Under the pieces are notes generated by a model. That model made no database searches, was not told the DNA's origin, and worked only from the letters and a program-made list of their open reading frames with translations. A stretch of DNA of 64,000 nucleotides, taken from contig SCUL01000002.1 in the NCBI GenBank assembly GCA_004297205.1, forward strand, positions 658,893 to 722,892, given 5' to 3'. The number at the start of each line of letters is the position of its first letter. Within the stretch, counting starts at the first letter, position 1. The translations under genes were made by a program, and so were the position numbers. Below are positions 36,937 through 46,010 of the stretch, piece after piece. This DNA is from Patescibacteria group bacterium (GTDB taxonomy: Bacteria > Patescibacteriota > Patescibacteriia > 2-12-FULL-57-11).

Positions 36937-37567
36937 ACTCATTCCGTCGCTGCTTGTTCCCGACGAGGCCGCCTTTCGCGCCCGCATCGCGCTTCTGGGG
37001 GACGTGGCCCAGGCCGTGCACATCGACGTCATGGACGGCGTCTTCGTCGCCAACACCACCTGGGCCGATCCCGCGGCCATCCGGAACATGCACCTGCCCT
37101 TCGTGATCGAGGCGCATCTCATGGTGACGCATCCCGAGCGCCTCGTGGACGACTGGATCATGGCCGGCGCGCGCCGCGTCTTTGTCCATGTGGAAGCGCC
37201 GGGGAATCCTTTGGCTGCCGTCGAGGCGATGCGCGCCGTGGGACGGGAAGGGGGACTGGCCATCAACCCGGAGACGCCGGTCTCCCGGATCGCCGACCTG
37301 CTCGCGGAACTCGACGCCGTGCTCGTGATGGGCGTGAAGCCCGGCTGGAGCGGCCAGGCATTCCAGAGCGTGGCGCTCAGCAAGGTCGCGGAGCTGAAAC
37401 GGCTGCGGCCGGAGCTGCGCGTCGGCGTCGACGGCGGCGTGACGCCGCCGATCGCCGCCGATCTCGCGGCGCTCGGCTGCGACGCCGTGGTCGCGGCGCA
37501 CGCCCTGTACGACGCGCCGGATTTCAAAAAAGCGGTGGAGGATTTCGAGAAGGCATTGGCGGGGTAG
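36923..37567 (+). CDS. rpe: Ribulose-phosphate 3-epimerase
   Basis: HIDVMDGVFV, EAHLMV, INPETP, MGVKPGWSGQ, VDGGV. Confidence 0.95.
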   Translation: MRRAELIPSLLVPDEAAFRARIALLGDVAQAVHIDVMDGVFVANTTWADPAAIRNMHLPFVIEAHLMVTHPERLVDDWIMAGARRVFVHVEAPGNPLAAVEAMRAVGREGGLAINPETPVSRIADLLAELDAVLVMGVKPGWSGQAFQSVALSKVAELKRLRPELRVGVDGGVTPPIAADLAALGCDAVVAAHALYDAPDFKKAVEDFEKALAG

Positions 37568-37590
37568 GGGCGGACCGATGTGTCCGCCCC
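37564..37590 (+). repeat. GTAG-type REP overlapping the rpe stop codon
   Basis: GTAGGGGCGGACCGATGTGTCCGCCCC. Confidence 0.75.
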
Positions 37591-37618
37591 GCCTCGTTTT
37601 TGTTACAATGCCGTTCGT

Positions 37619-38479
37619 ATGGCGCATGCCCACGACAAGGAGATCGCCCGGCTGGAGGAGATCGCCAACGACATCCGGAAGAGCATCATCGAGATGCTCT
37701 TGGCCGCCGGTTCGGGGCACTCGGCCGGCCCGCTCGGCATGGCGGACTTCTTTGCCGCCATGTACTTCCACGTCCTCCATCACAATCCCAAAAAGCCGCA
37801 CTGGGAGGAGCGCGACCGGCTGATCCTCTCGAACGGCCACATCTGTCCGGGGCGCTACGCGGCCATGGCCCACGCCGGCTACTTCCCCAAGAAGGAATTG
37901 CTGACGCTCCGCAAATTCGGGACGCGGCTCCAGGGACATCCGGAGCGCGAACGGCTTCCGGGCGTGGAAACGACCTCCGGCCCGCTCGGCGCCGGTCTGG
38001 CGCAGTCCGCGGGTTTGGCCTACGCCGCGCGCCTCGACGGCAAGAAGTGGCGCACCTACTGCCTGACCTCGGACGGCGAACAAGAAGCCGGGCTCCACTG
38101 GGAGGCGGCGCTCTTCGCCGGCAAATACCGGCTGGCCAACCTCACGGCCTTCGTCGACCGCAACAACATCCAGATCGACGGCATGACGGAAGACATCATG
38201 CCGATCGAGCCGTTGCGCGCGAAGTGGGAGGCCTTCAACTGGCATGTCATCGACTGCGACGGCAACAACATGCAGGCCATCATCGACGCCGTGCATGAGG
38301 CCAAGGCCATCGTCGAAAAGCCGACCGTCATCATCCTGCACAACATTCCCGGCCGTGGCGTCTCCTTCATGGAAGGGAAGTTCGAGTGGCATGGCATGCC
38401 GCCGAACGCCGAGCAGGCCGCCATCGCGCTCCGGGAGCTCCGCACGCTCGGCGGTCGGATCCGTGCTGAACACGAATAG
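37619..38479 (+). CDS. Transketolase, N-terminal subunit
   Basis: AGSGH, RDRLILSNGH, LQGHP, SDGEQEAG..WEA, DRNNIQIDG. Confidence 0.93.
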   Translation: MAHAHDKEIARLEEIANDIRKSIIEMLLAAGSGHSAGPLGMADFFAAMYFHVLHHNPKKPHWEERDRLILSNGHICPGRYAAMAHAGYFPKKELLTLRKFGTRLQGHPERERLPGVETTSGPLGAGLAQSAGLAYAARLDGKKWRTYCLTSDGEQEAGLHWEAALFAGKYRLANLTAFVDRNNIQIDGMTEDIMPIEPLRAKWEAFNWHVIDCDGNNMQAIIDAVHEAKAIVEKPTVIILHNIPGRGVSFMEGKFEWHGMPPNAEQAAIALRELRTLGGRIRAEHE

Positions 38480-38481
38480 GT

Positions 38482-39468
38482 ATGGCACTGAATCCCAAGG
38501 CATATCTCGCCGCCGATCTGCTGGCAAAGACGATCCTGAAGAAGCCGACCCGCGACGGCTACGGCGACGGCGTCGTCGAAGCGGGCAAGAAGAATCCGAA
38601 CGTCGTCGTCTGCTGCGCGGACCTGACCGAGTCGACGCGCTCCTTGGCATTCAAAAAGGCCTTCCCGGAGCGTTTCGTGCAGTTCGGCGTCTCCGAGCAG
38701 TCGCTCGCGGCCGTCGCCGCCGGCATGGCCATGGCCGGCAAGGTGCCGTTCATTTCTTCCTACGCGATGTTCTCTCCGGGCCGCAACTGGGAGATGATCC
38801 GCACCAACATCGCGCTGAACAACGTCAACGTGAAGATCATGGGCGCGCACGCCGGCGTCTCGGTGGGCCCCGACGGCGCCACGCACCAGGCCGTCGAGGA
38901 CATGGCCATCACCCGCGTCATCCCGCGCATGACCGTGATCGCGCCCTGCGACATGCACGAGACGCGCAAGGCGACCATCGCCGCCGCGACGCTCGCGGGC
39001 CCCGTCTACGTGCGCTTCGCCCGCGAGAAGACGCCGGTCTTCACCACGAACAAGACGCCGTTCAAGATCGGCCGCGCGGAGACGTTCCGTTTCGGGAAGC
39101 ACGCGACCATCGTGGCCTGCGGCCCGCTCGTCCATACCGCGCTGCTTGCCGCCGAGGTGCTTGCCAAGAAGGGGATCGACTGCGAGGTCATCGACAACCA
39201 CACCGTGAAGCCGATGGATGCCAGGACGATCCTCGCCTCGGCCCGCAAAACGCGCCGCGTCGTGACCGTCGAGGAGCACCAGGTGCACGGCGGCATGGGC
39301 TCGCGCGTCGCCGAGATTCTCGCCGCCTCCCTGCCGGTCCCCATGGAGTTCGTCGGCATGCAGGACCGTTTCGGCGAAAGCGGCAATCCGGAGGAGCTGA
39401 TCGAACATTTCGGCATGGGCGTCTCGGCCGTCATCGCGGCCGTGCGTAAAGTGATGAAACGGAAGTGA
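38482..39468 (+). CDS. Transketolase, C-terminal subunit
   Basis: ADLTEST, GVSEQ, GPDGATHQ, VTVEEH..GGMGS. Confidence 0.93.
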   Translation: MALNPKAYLAADLLAKTILKKPTRDGYGDGVVEAGKKNPNVVVCCADLTESTRSLAFKKAFPERFVQFGVSEQSLAAVAAGMAMAGKVPFISSYAMFSPGRNWEMIRTNIALNNVNVKIMGAHAGVSVGPDGATHQAVEDMAITRVIPRMTVIAPCDMHETRKATIAAATLAGPVYVRFAREKTPVFTTNKTPFKIGRAETFRFGKHATIVACGPLVHTALLAAEVLAKKGIDCEVIDNHTVKPMDARTILASARKTRRVVTVEEHQVHGGMGSRVAEILAASLPVPMEFVGMQDRFGESGNPEELIEHFGMGVSAVIAAVRKVMKRK

Positions 39469-39514
39469 CTTGTCATTTCGGCTCATATGACCACACTTGA
39501 GGGTTCGAAATGAT

Positions 39515-40492
39515 ATGGCCAGGAAGCTCGACATCATCTCGATCGGCGACGCCACGCTCGACACCTTCATCCGGGTGTCCGACGCCTCCTTGATGTGCAC
39601 GGTGGACCGCGAGAATTGCCTGCTCTGCTTCAACTACGCCGACAAGATCCCGATCGTCTCCTTGGACCGCACCGTGGCCGGCAACGCCGCCAACAACGCC
39701 GTCGGTTCGGCGCGGCTCGGCATGCAGGCCGCCTTCTACTCCGTGATCGGCGACGACGAGGTCGGCCGCATGATCCGCGCCACGATGAAGAAGGAAGGCG
39801 TCTCCGAGGACTATCTGGTCATCGACAAGAAGCGGCCGTCGAACTATTCGGTCGTGTTGAACTACCAGGGCGAGCGCACCATCCTTTATTACAGCGAACC
39901 GCGCACCTACAAGCTTCCGCCGCTCGCGCCGGCCTCCTGGATGTATTACACGGCGATCGGCAGCAACCACCACAGCTTGGAACGCTCGATGCTGGCGTAT
40001 CTCAAGCGCCACAAGACCAAGCTCGGCTACAATCCGGGCACCGGCCAGATCCGCGAAGGCCTGAAGCGCCTGAAGCCGCTCCTGGCCGTGACCGAAGTGC
40101 TGTTCGTGAACAAGCAGGAAGCCGAGCAACTCGTCGGCCGGCGCGGGGAGATGCATGAACTGGCCGCCGCGCTCCGCCAGACGGGCCCCAAGATCGTCGT
40201 CATCACCGACGGGCCGCGCGGCGCGCACGCCTTCGACGGCAGCCATCTGTGGAAGATGGGCGTCTTTCCGGCCAAGGTCGTGGAAATGACCGGCGCCGGC
40301 GACAGTTTCGCCACGGGATTCGTGGCCGCGCTCCACCGCGGGCTTGGCGTCGCGGACGCGCTCAAATGGGGGAGCGCCAATTCGGCCGGCGTCATCGGAA
40401 AAATCGGTCCGCAGGCCGGCCTCCAGACCGTGGCCGGCATCAAGAAGATGATTACCACGTACAAGGCGGTAAAACCCGTGGAGGAATCCTGA
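39515..40492 (+). CDS. PfkB family carbohydrate kinase
   Basis: AGNAANNAVG; NKQEA; TGAGDSFATG. Confidence 0.92.
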   Translation: MARKLDIISIGDATLDTFIRVSDASLMCTVDRENCLLCFNYADKIPIVSLDRTVAGNAANNAVGSARLGMQAAFYSVIGDDEVGRMIRATMKKEGVSEDYLVIDKKRPSNYSVVLNYQGERTILYYSEPRTYKLPPLAPASWMYYTAIGSNHHSLERSMLAYLKRHKTKLGYNPGTGQIREGLKRLKPLLAVTEVLFVNKQEAEQLVGRRGEMHELAAALRQTGPKIVVITDGPRGAHAFDGSHLWKMGVFPAKVVEMTGAGDSFATGFVAALHRGLGVADALKWGSANSAGVIGKIGPQAGLQTVAGIKKMITTYKAVKPVEES

Positions 40493-40493
40493 C

Positions 40494-41435
40494 ATGCTCA
40501 CCGCACTCGCTCCCGTCCTGCAGAAGGCGCACCGCGGCCGCTACGCCGTCGGCGCGTTCAATATCAACAACCTGGAATTGGCCCAGGGCATCATGGCGGC
40601 GGCCGAGAAGCTGCGCGCGCCGGTGATCCTGCAGACCTCGGAAGGCGCGATTGACTACGCCGGCATGGAGTACCTCGCGGCCATCGCCTGGGTCGCGGCC
40701 GAGCGGGTCAAGACGCCCGTCGTCTTCCATCTCGATCACGGCAAGAATCCCTCCCTCGTGGAGCGTGCCATCAAAAGCGGCTTCTACACCTCGGTCATGA
40801 TCGACGGCTCGCATCATCCCTATAAGGAAAACGTCCGCGTCACCAAAAAGATCGTGGCCATGGCCCACCGCCGCGGCGTGTCCGTGGAAGCGGAGCTGGG
40901 CGCCATCGCCGGCATCGAGGACTTCGTGTCCGTGGCCGAGCGCGACGCGCGTCTCACGAATCCGGAGGAAGCCCGCCGCTTCGTGCGCGAGACCGGCTGC
41001 GACGCCCTGGCGGTCGCGATCGGCACGGCGCACGGCGTCTTCAAGTTCAAAGGCGCACCCAAGCTCGACATCCCGCGGTTGCGCAAGATCAAGGCGGCCA
41101 CGAAACTGCCGCTCGTCCTCCACGGCGCCTCCGGCGTCGATCCCAAACTGCGTGCCGCGCTCAAGGACCACTGCGACGACCTGCACGACTGCAACCGCGT
41201 CAAAGACGCCCGCGGCGTGTCCGACGCGCTCATCCGCCAGGCGGTCCGCGCCGGCATCAACAAGATCAACATCGACTCCGACCTGCGCCTGGCCTTCACG
41301 GCCGCCGTGCGCAGCGCGTTGATGAAGGACGTCAAGACCGTCGACCCCCGCAAGGTCGTCGGTCCGGCCCGCGACGCGGTCACGGACGTCGTGATGGGTA
41401 AGATGACGTTGTTCGGTTGCGCCCGGAAAGGCTGA
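40494..41435 (+). CDS. fba: Class II fructose-bisphosphate aldolase
   Basis: YAVGAFN, HLDHG, SVMIDGS, VEAELG, IGTAHG, LVLHGASG, KINIDSD. Confidence 0.95.
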   Translation: MLTALAPVLQKAHRGRYAVGAFNINNLELAQGIMAAAEKLRAPVILQTSEGAIDYAGMEYLAAIAWVAAERVKTPVVFHLDHGKNPSLVERAIKSGFYTSVMIDGSHHPYKENVRVTKKIVAMAHRRGVSVEAELGAIAGIEDFVSVAERDARLTNPEEARRFVRETGCDALAVAIGTAHGVFKFKGAPKLDIPRLRKIKAATKLPLVLHGASGVDPKLRAALKDHCDDLHDCNRVKDARGVSDALIRQAVRAGINKINIDSDLRLAFTAAVRSALMKDVKTVDPRKVVGPARDAVTDVVMGKMTLFGCARKG

Positions 41436-41437
41436 CT

Positions 41438-42421
41438 ATGAAGAAACTTCCCGCCATCGCCACGCTCGGCGCAGCCACCATCGACGCCTTCGTCTGGTCG
41501 CGCGCCTTTTCCGAAATCCGTTCCTCCCGTTTTTCGACCGGGGTGGGCGAGTGCTTCTCGCTCGGCGCCAAGATCGACATCGACCGTTTCATGCTCTCCA
41601 CCGGCGGCGGCGCCACGAACGCGGGCGCGACGTTTGCCAACCTCGGCTTCGGCACCGCCTGCGCCTGCGCCGTCGGCGACGACCTGTTCGGCCGCGCGGT
41701 GCGCGATGATCTGCGCGAGCGCGGCATCGGCACGGAAGCCGTCGCCGTGCTGCCCGGCGAGCAGACCGCGTTTTCCACGATCCTCGTCATGCCCTCGGGC
41801 GAGCGCACCGTGCTCGTCCACCGCGGCGCCTCGGAGAAGCTGACCGCGGCGCGCGTCCCCTGGAAGAAGCTGCGCGGCGCGTGGCTCTACATGACGTCGG
41901 TCGGCGGGCGGATGGACGTGCTCAAAGGCGCGATGGCGCACGCCGCGCGCGCCAAGCAGCGGGTGTTTTGGAATCCGGGCGGCAAGGACATCGCCCACGG
42001 CCTGCGCGCGCTCAAACCCCATCTGCGCGGCGTCTCGGTGCTTTCGTTGAACCGCGAGGAAGCGGCGACCCTGACCGGCCGCCAGGTCAAAGACACGATC
42101 GGCATGCTGCGCGATTTGCACATGCATGTTCCCGGCGTGGTGTTCACGGACGGCAGCCACGGTGCCTGGTGGAGCGACGGCGAACGTTTGCTCTTCGCGA
42201 AACCGACCGGCGTCAAGGCCCTGAACCGCACCGGCGCGGGAGACGCCTTCGGCTCCGGGTTCCTGGCGGGCTTCATCCGCTTCGGCGATCCGGCCAAGGC
42301 GCTCCAGCTTGCCACCGTGAACGCCGAGGGCGTGATCCGCAAGATCGGCGCCAAGACCGGGTTGCTCCGCCGTTGGCCGTCCGCCGCCGCGCTCACAAAG
42401 ATCCGCATCACCGCTCGCTGA
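41438..42421 (+). CDS. PfkB family carbohydrate kinase
   Basis: TGGGATNAG; LNREEA; RTGAGDAFGSG. Confidence 0.92.
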   Translation: MKKLPAIATLGAATIDAFVWSRAFSEIRSSRFSTGVGECFSLGAKIDIDRFMLSTGGGATNAGATFANLGFGTACACAVGDDLFGRAVRDDLRERGIGTEAVAVLPGEQTAFSTILVMPSGERTVLVHRGASEKLTAARVPWKKLRGAWLYMTSVGGRMDVLKGAMAHAARAKQRVFWNPGGKDIAHGLRALKPHLRGVSVLSLNREEAATLTGRQVKDTIGMLRDLHMHVPGVVFTDGSHGAWWSDGERLLFAKPTGVKALNRTGAGDAFGSGFLAGFIRFGDPAKALQLATVNAEGVIRKIGAKTGLLRRWPSAAALTKIRITAR

Positions 42422-42466
42422 CTTGTCCTTTCGGTTGTCTAACAAATCTTGATGGTTCGAAAGGAT

Positions 42467-43450
42467 ATGGGAAAGATTTTCGTGACGCGTCAGATCCCGG
42501 ATGAAGGATTGAAGAAGCTGAAGGCCGCGGGCCACAGCCTCGCCGTCTACGGCGGCGACCGCGCGATTCCGCGCAAGGAACTCCTGGCCGGCGTGAAAGG
42601 CGTCGACGCGCTGCTCCCGCTGCTGACCGACAAGATCGACGCCGAGGTCATGAATGCCGGCGGCAAGAGACTGAAGATCATCGCCAACTACGCGGTCGGA
42701 TTCGACAACGTCGATCTTGCTGCAGCCAAACAGCGCGGCATTCCCGTCACCAACACGCCGGCGCCGGAAGTCTCGGAGACCGTGGCCGAACACGCCTTCG
42801 CGTTGATGATTTCGCTGGCCCACCGCATTCCCGAGTCCGACCGCTTCGCACGCGCCGGCAAATATAAGGGCTGGGGACCGCAGATGCTCCTGGGTGTCGA
42901 CCTCTACGGCAAAACGCTCGGCATCGTCGGGCTCGGCCGCATCGGCCGCGCCGTTTGCGAACGCGCCGTGAAGGGCTTCCGCATGAAGGTCGTCTACAGC
43001 GACCCGCGCAAGGACAAGGAATTCGAGAAGGAGTTCGGCGCGCGCTATCTGCCGCTCGAGAAGTTGTTGCAGGAGGCCGACTTCGTGTCGCTGCACGTGC
43101 CGCTCCTGCCTTCGACGCGCCACATGATTTCGACCGCCGAGTTCGCGCTCATGAAGAAGACGTCGTACCTCGTGAACACCTCGCGCGGACCGGTCATCGA
43201 CGAGAAGGCGCTCGAGCGCGCCCTGCGCACCAAGCGCATCGCCGGCGCCGGGCTCGACGTCTTTGAGTGCGAGCCGCTCATCGACTGCGACCCCTCGGAT
43301 ACCCTCGAGCTGCGCAAGATGGAAAACGTCGTGCTGACCCCGCACACCGCGAGCGCCACCATCGAAGCGCGCCAGGCCATGTCCCGACTCGCCGCCGACA
43401 ACGTCATCGCGGTCTTGAAAGGCAAGCCGCCCTTGACCCCTGCGAAATAA
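42467..43450 (+). CDS. D-glycerate dehydrogenase / glyoxylate reductase
   Basis: ANYAVGFDN, GLGRIG, SLHVPL, NTSRG, GLDVFE, TPHTAS. Confidence 0.92.
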   Translation: MGKIFVTRQIPDEGLKKLKAAGHSLAVYGGDRAIPRKELLAGVKGVDALLPLLTDKIDAEVMNAGGKRLKIIANYAVGFDNVDLAAAKQRGIPVTNTPAPEVSETVAEHAFALMISLAHRIPESDRFARAGKYKGWGPQMLLGVDLYGKTLGIVGLGRIGRAVCERAVKGFRMKVVYSDPRKDKEFEKEFGARYLPLEKLLQEADFVSLHVPLLPSTRHMISTAEFALMKKTSYLVNTSRGPVIDEKALERALRTKRIAGAGLDVFECEPLIDCDPSDTLELRKMENVVLTPHTASATIEARQAMSRLAADNVIAVLKGKPPLTPAK

Positions 43451-43459
43451 TACGCTTCC

Positions 43460-44395
43460 ATGTCGCGCCTTCCGGCACTGTTGCGTCATCTGGCGGAGTC
43501 CTACGTCGCCGTCCTTGTTATCGCGCTCACAATAGGCCTTTTTGTTCCGTCCGTCGGCCGGCAGCTGTCGCCCTACAGCACGTTCATCTTACAGAGCATC
43601 TTTTTCCTTTCCGCGTTGAAACTCGATCTGAAGTCCGTAGCGCGGGAGATGCGCAATTGGCGCGCTGTCGCCCTGGCAAATGCGTTCATGCTTATGGCGT
43701 TTCCGGCGGTCGGCTATCTGCTTGCTCGTCTTTTTGCGCCGCAGTACGCATTACCCGTCCTGATCCTCGCCGCCATGCCGGCGGGGATGACGACGCCGTT
43801 GCTCGCCGAACTCGTCGGCGGGTCGGCGGCATTCGCTCTGGTGCTTACGGTAACGACCTCGCTGCTTGCCCCGGTGACGGTCCCGCTTGTCATCCAATGG
43901 CTTGCCGGCGCAGCCGTCGAAGTGTCGTTCCTGACGATGTTCCTTTCGCTGCTCTCCGTGATCATTGCGCCGTTCGCGCTCGGACAGCTTGTCCGCGCGT
44001 TCATGAAGAAACGGATCGACGCAACATCGTTTGCGTTCAAGCCCGTGTCTCTCACACTGCTCGGTCTGCTGATCGTGAGTGTGATTGCAAAACAGGCCGA
44101 AGCAATTTTGGGGAACGGGCGGCTGCTCGTCGAGGGACTGGCGGTACTCATTGTTTATTTTGTGCTTGCGCATGCAGCGGGATTTTTCGGGTTTCCTTGG
44201 TTGCGTCGGGACCTGCGGCTCTCGACGACGGTGTGCTTGTCGTACATGAATTTCACACTCGCCATCTACCTGGCGGGTCGATTTTTCCCGCAACCGGAGG
44301 TGCTTGTACCGGTCGTGCTCTCCGTCATCCCGTGGAGCGTCGGCATTATTCCCTTCCGTGCGCTAACGCGACGGGCGCGGTACCATGCAGGTTGA
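43460..44395 (+). CDS. Bile acid:sodium symporter family protein
   Basis: About 9 TMs; AAMPAG...LVGGS; TSLLAPVTVP. Confidence 0.8.
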   Translation: MSRLPALLRHLAESYVAVLVIALTIGLFVPSVGRQLSPYSTFILQSIFFLSALKLDLKSVAREMRNWRAVALANAFMLMAFPAVGYLLARLFAPQYALPVLILAAMPAGMTTPLLAELVGGSAAFALVLTVTTSLLAPVTVPLVIQWLAGAAVEVSFLTMFLSLLSVIIAPFALGQLVRAFMKKRIDATSFAFKPVSLTLLGLLIVSVIAKQAEAILGNGRLLVEGLAVLIVYFVLAHAAGFFGFPWLRRDLRLSTTVCLSYMNFTLAIYLAGRFFPQPEVLVPVVLSVIPWSVGIIPFRALTRRARYHAG

Positions 44396-44398
44396 CCT

Positions 44399-44809
44399 AT
44401 GCACGGATTCACCAAGCGCTGCCACTGCGGCAGCCGCACCATTCCCTTCTGGGCGCGCGCCCCCTTCGACGAGCATGCCGTGGCCCAGGTCTTTTGCCCG
44501 CATTGCGTGAACCAGGCGCCGCCGGAAGCGCTCGACGTGGCCGTGACCGGGGTCCACGGCTGGTCCGGCGTCTACGCCATCGACTGGAATCAGGCGGCGC
44601 TCCACGACCGTGATGCAAAGTTCCGCGACGCGCCCGCCTACTACGAGAAGCTGTTCAAGAAGGATTTGGTCACGTTCGGCTTCCTGCCGCGGATACGGGC
44701 CGAGGGCGCCTATACCCTGTTAGGCATCCGCGGATTCGTGCCGAGCGAATCGGCGCCGCTCTCCGCCAAGAGCAAGAAGGCCCTCAAGAACGAGGAACGC
44801 GCGGGTTGA
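44399..44809 (+). CDS. Hypothetical protein with CxC...CxxC motif
   Basis: RCHCG...FCPHC; host-like codon usage. Confidence 0.7.
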   Translation: MHGFTKRCHCGSRTIPFWARAPFDEHAVAQVFCPHCVNQAPPEALDVAVTGVHGWSGVYAIDWNQAALHDRDAKFRDAPAYYEKLFKKDLVTFGFLPRIRAEGAYTLLGIRGFVPSESAPLSAKSKKALKNEERAG

Positions 44810-44837
44810 CCCCCGCTCGTTTTTCGATTACAACTAG

Positions 44838-44928
44838 TGTCATTCTGAGCGGCGCGAAGAATCCTACCGGTGCTTGTCAGAGATCCTGCAGCGACAAGAA
44901 GGATCCTTCATTACCTTTCAGGATGACA
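44838..44928. repeat. REPIN-like inverted repeat upstream of tRNA-Ala
   Basis: TGTCATTCTGAG..GAAGAATCCT ... AGGATCCTTC..TCAGGATGACA. Confidence 0.7.
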
Positions 44929-44937
44929 ACAACACGC

Positions 44938-45011
44938 GGGCCGCTAGCTTAGTGGCAGAGCACCCGGTTTGCATCCGGGAGATGAGGGTTCGATTCCCTC
45001 GCGGTCCACCA
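44938..45011 (+). tRNA. tRNA-Ala(TGC)
   Basis: GGGCCGC/GCGGTCC stem with G3-U70; CCCGG-TTTGCAT-CCGGG; GGTTCGATTCC; encoded CCA. Confidence 0.93.
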
Positions 45012-45171
45012 GAGAGAACCTAACCCAGACAATAAGGTGGAAGTGCATGACGGCGCTCAAGAAAGCGCCGTTTTCGTTCCCGATCGATCCGGGTAGTTCC
45101 GTCCACGACACCAGGAGAGAAACCGAACCCAAGATAAAGAAAGAGACTGAGCAAAGTCAGTCTCGTGGACG

Positions 45172-45381
45172 TCAGTCGTCCTGGCTATCTCCGCTCTCAT
45201 CGGGGATTACGCCCCAAAGGCGGAGGTAGGGCTTTCCGAACGTGGTTCCCATGAAGAAGCCGACCTGGATCGCGACGAACGCGACCGCAGTCGGCCACCA
45301 GAGGGGAACAAGGAACGAGAGCACGAGAACGTTTCCGAGCAGATGTGCCGTGGCGAACTTCCACTGACGCTGAGTTCCCAT
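45172..45381 (-). CDS. Small two-TM membrane protein
   Basis: Two hydrophobic stretches; AAGGAG upstream. Confidence 0.55.
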   Translation of the reverse strand: MGTQRQWKFATAHLLGNVLVLSFLVPLWWPTAVAFVAIQVGFFMGTTFGKPYLRLWGVIPDESGDSQDD

Positions 45382-45432
45382 TCTCGGGTTCACTCCTTTC
45401 CCGAGATCGAAGACCCAGCCCCGATGGAATCT

Positions 45433-45966
45433 CTAGCCTGTACGACGCAGCTCTACGTACAGAATCATGATTCCTGACTCGTCGATACGATTCGCTACCA
45501 AGTAGCCCGTCATCGCGTCGCCCATCGGACTGATTTGGAGTAGCCCGGCTCCGAAATCGTGCGTCCGAGGATCATCACTGGCAAACGCGAGTCGCACAAA
45601 GTCGTCGTGCTCGAAGTGCATGTCCTCGATGACCTCGTGGTAGTTCGAGCCTGCGCCCCCGTCCACGATCGTGACCGCCTCGATGATTCCGCCGAGTCCG
45701 CCCGCGGTCGGTACCAAAGTCAGGGTAACCTGGAAATGCCGGGCCGGGGATCCCAGAGCAGCGTGACCCGCGTTGACAATGACTTCGTCAGATACTCCCT
45801 CCCATCGCCCGGTCACATCGCGGGTGGGCGACTCTGCTGCTGCGACGGGCGTCGGACTTCCACGGCCAGTCGTGAGAGTTGCGGCCGCGGTGATGAGAGA
45901 TGCCAGGATCGCGGTCCCCGCGCCCACGAGCGTCATCGTTCGCGTCGACCAGCTGCGCGCTGCCAT
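45433..45966 (-). CDS. Membrane-anchored beta-barrel protein (S-2TM-beta/Cap15-like pattern)
   Basis: GGAGGT SD; TM; DVTGRWEG then alternating beta strands; HDFGAGLL..MTGYL..VELRR. Confidence 0.6.
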   Translation of the reverse strand: MAARSWSTRTMTLVGAGTAILASLITAAATLTTGRGSPTPVAAAESPTRDVTGRWEGVSDEVIVNAGHAALGSPARHFQVTLTLVPTAGGLGGIIEAVTIVDGGAGSNYHEVIEDMHFEHDDFVRLAFASDDPRTHDFGAGLLQISPMGDAMTGYLVANRIDESGIMILYVELRRTG

Positions 45967-46010
45967 GCTCACCTCCGTGTGGGCGTCCTCGGGTTACCCT
46001 GCCCGGACGT

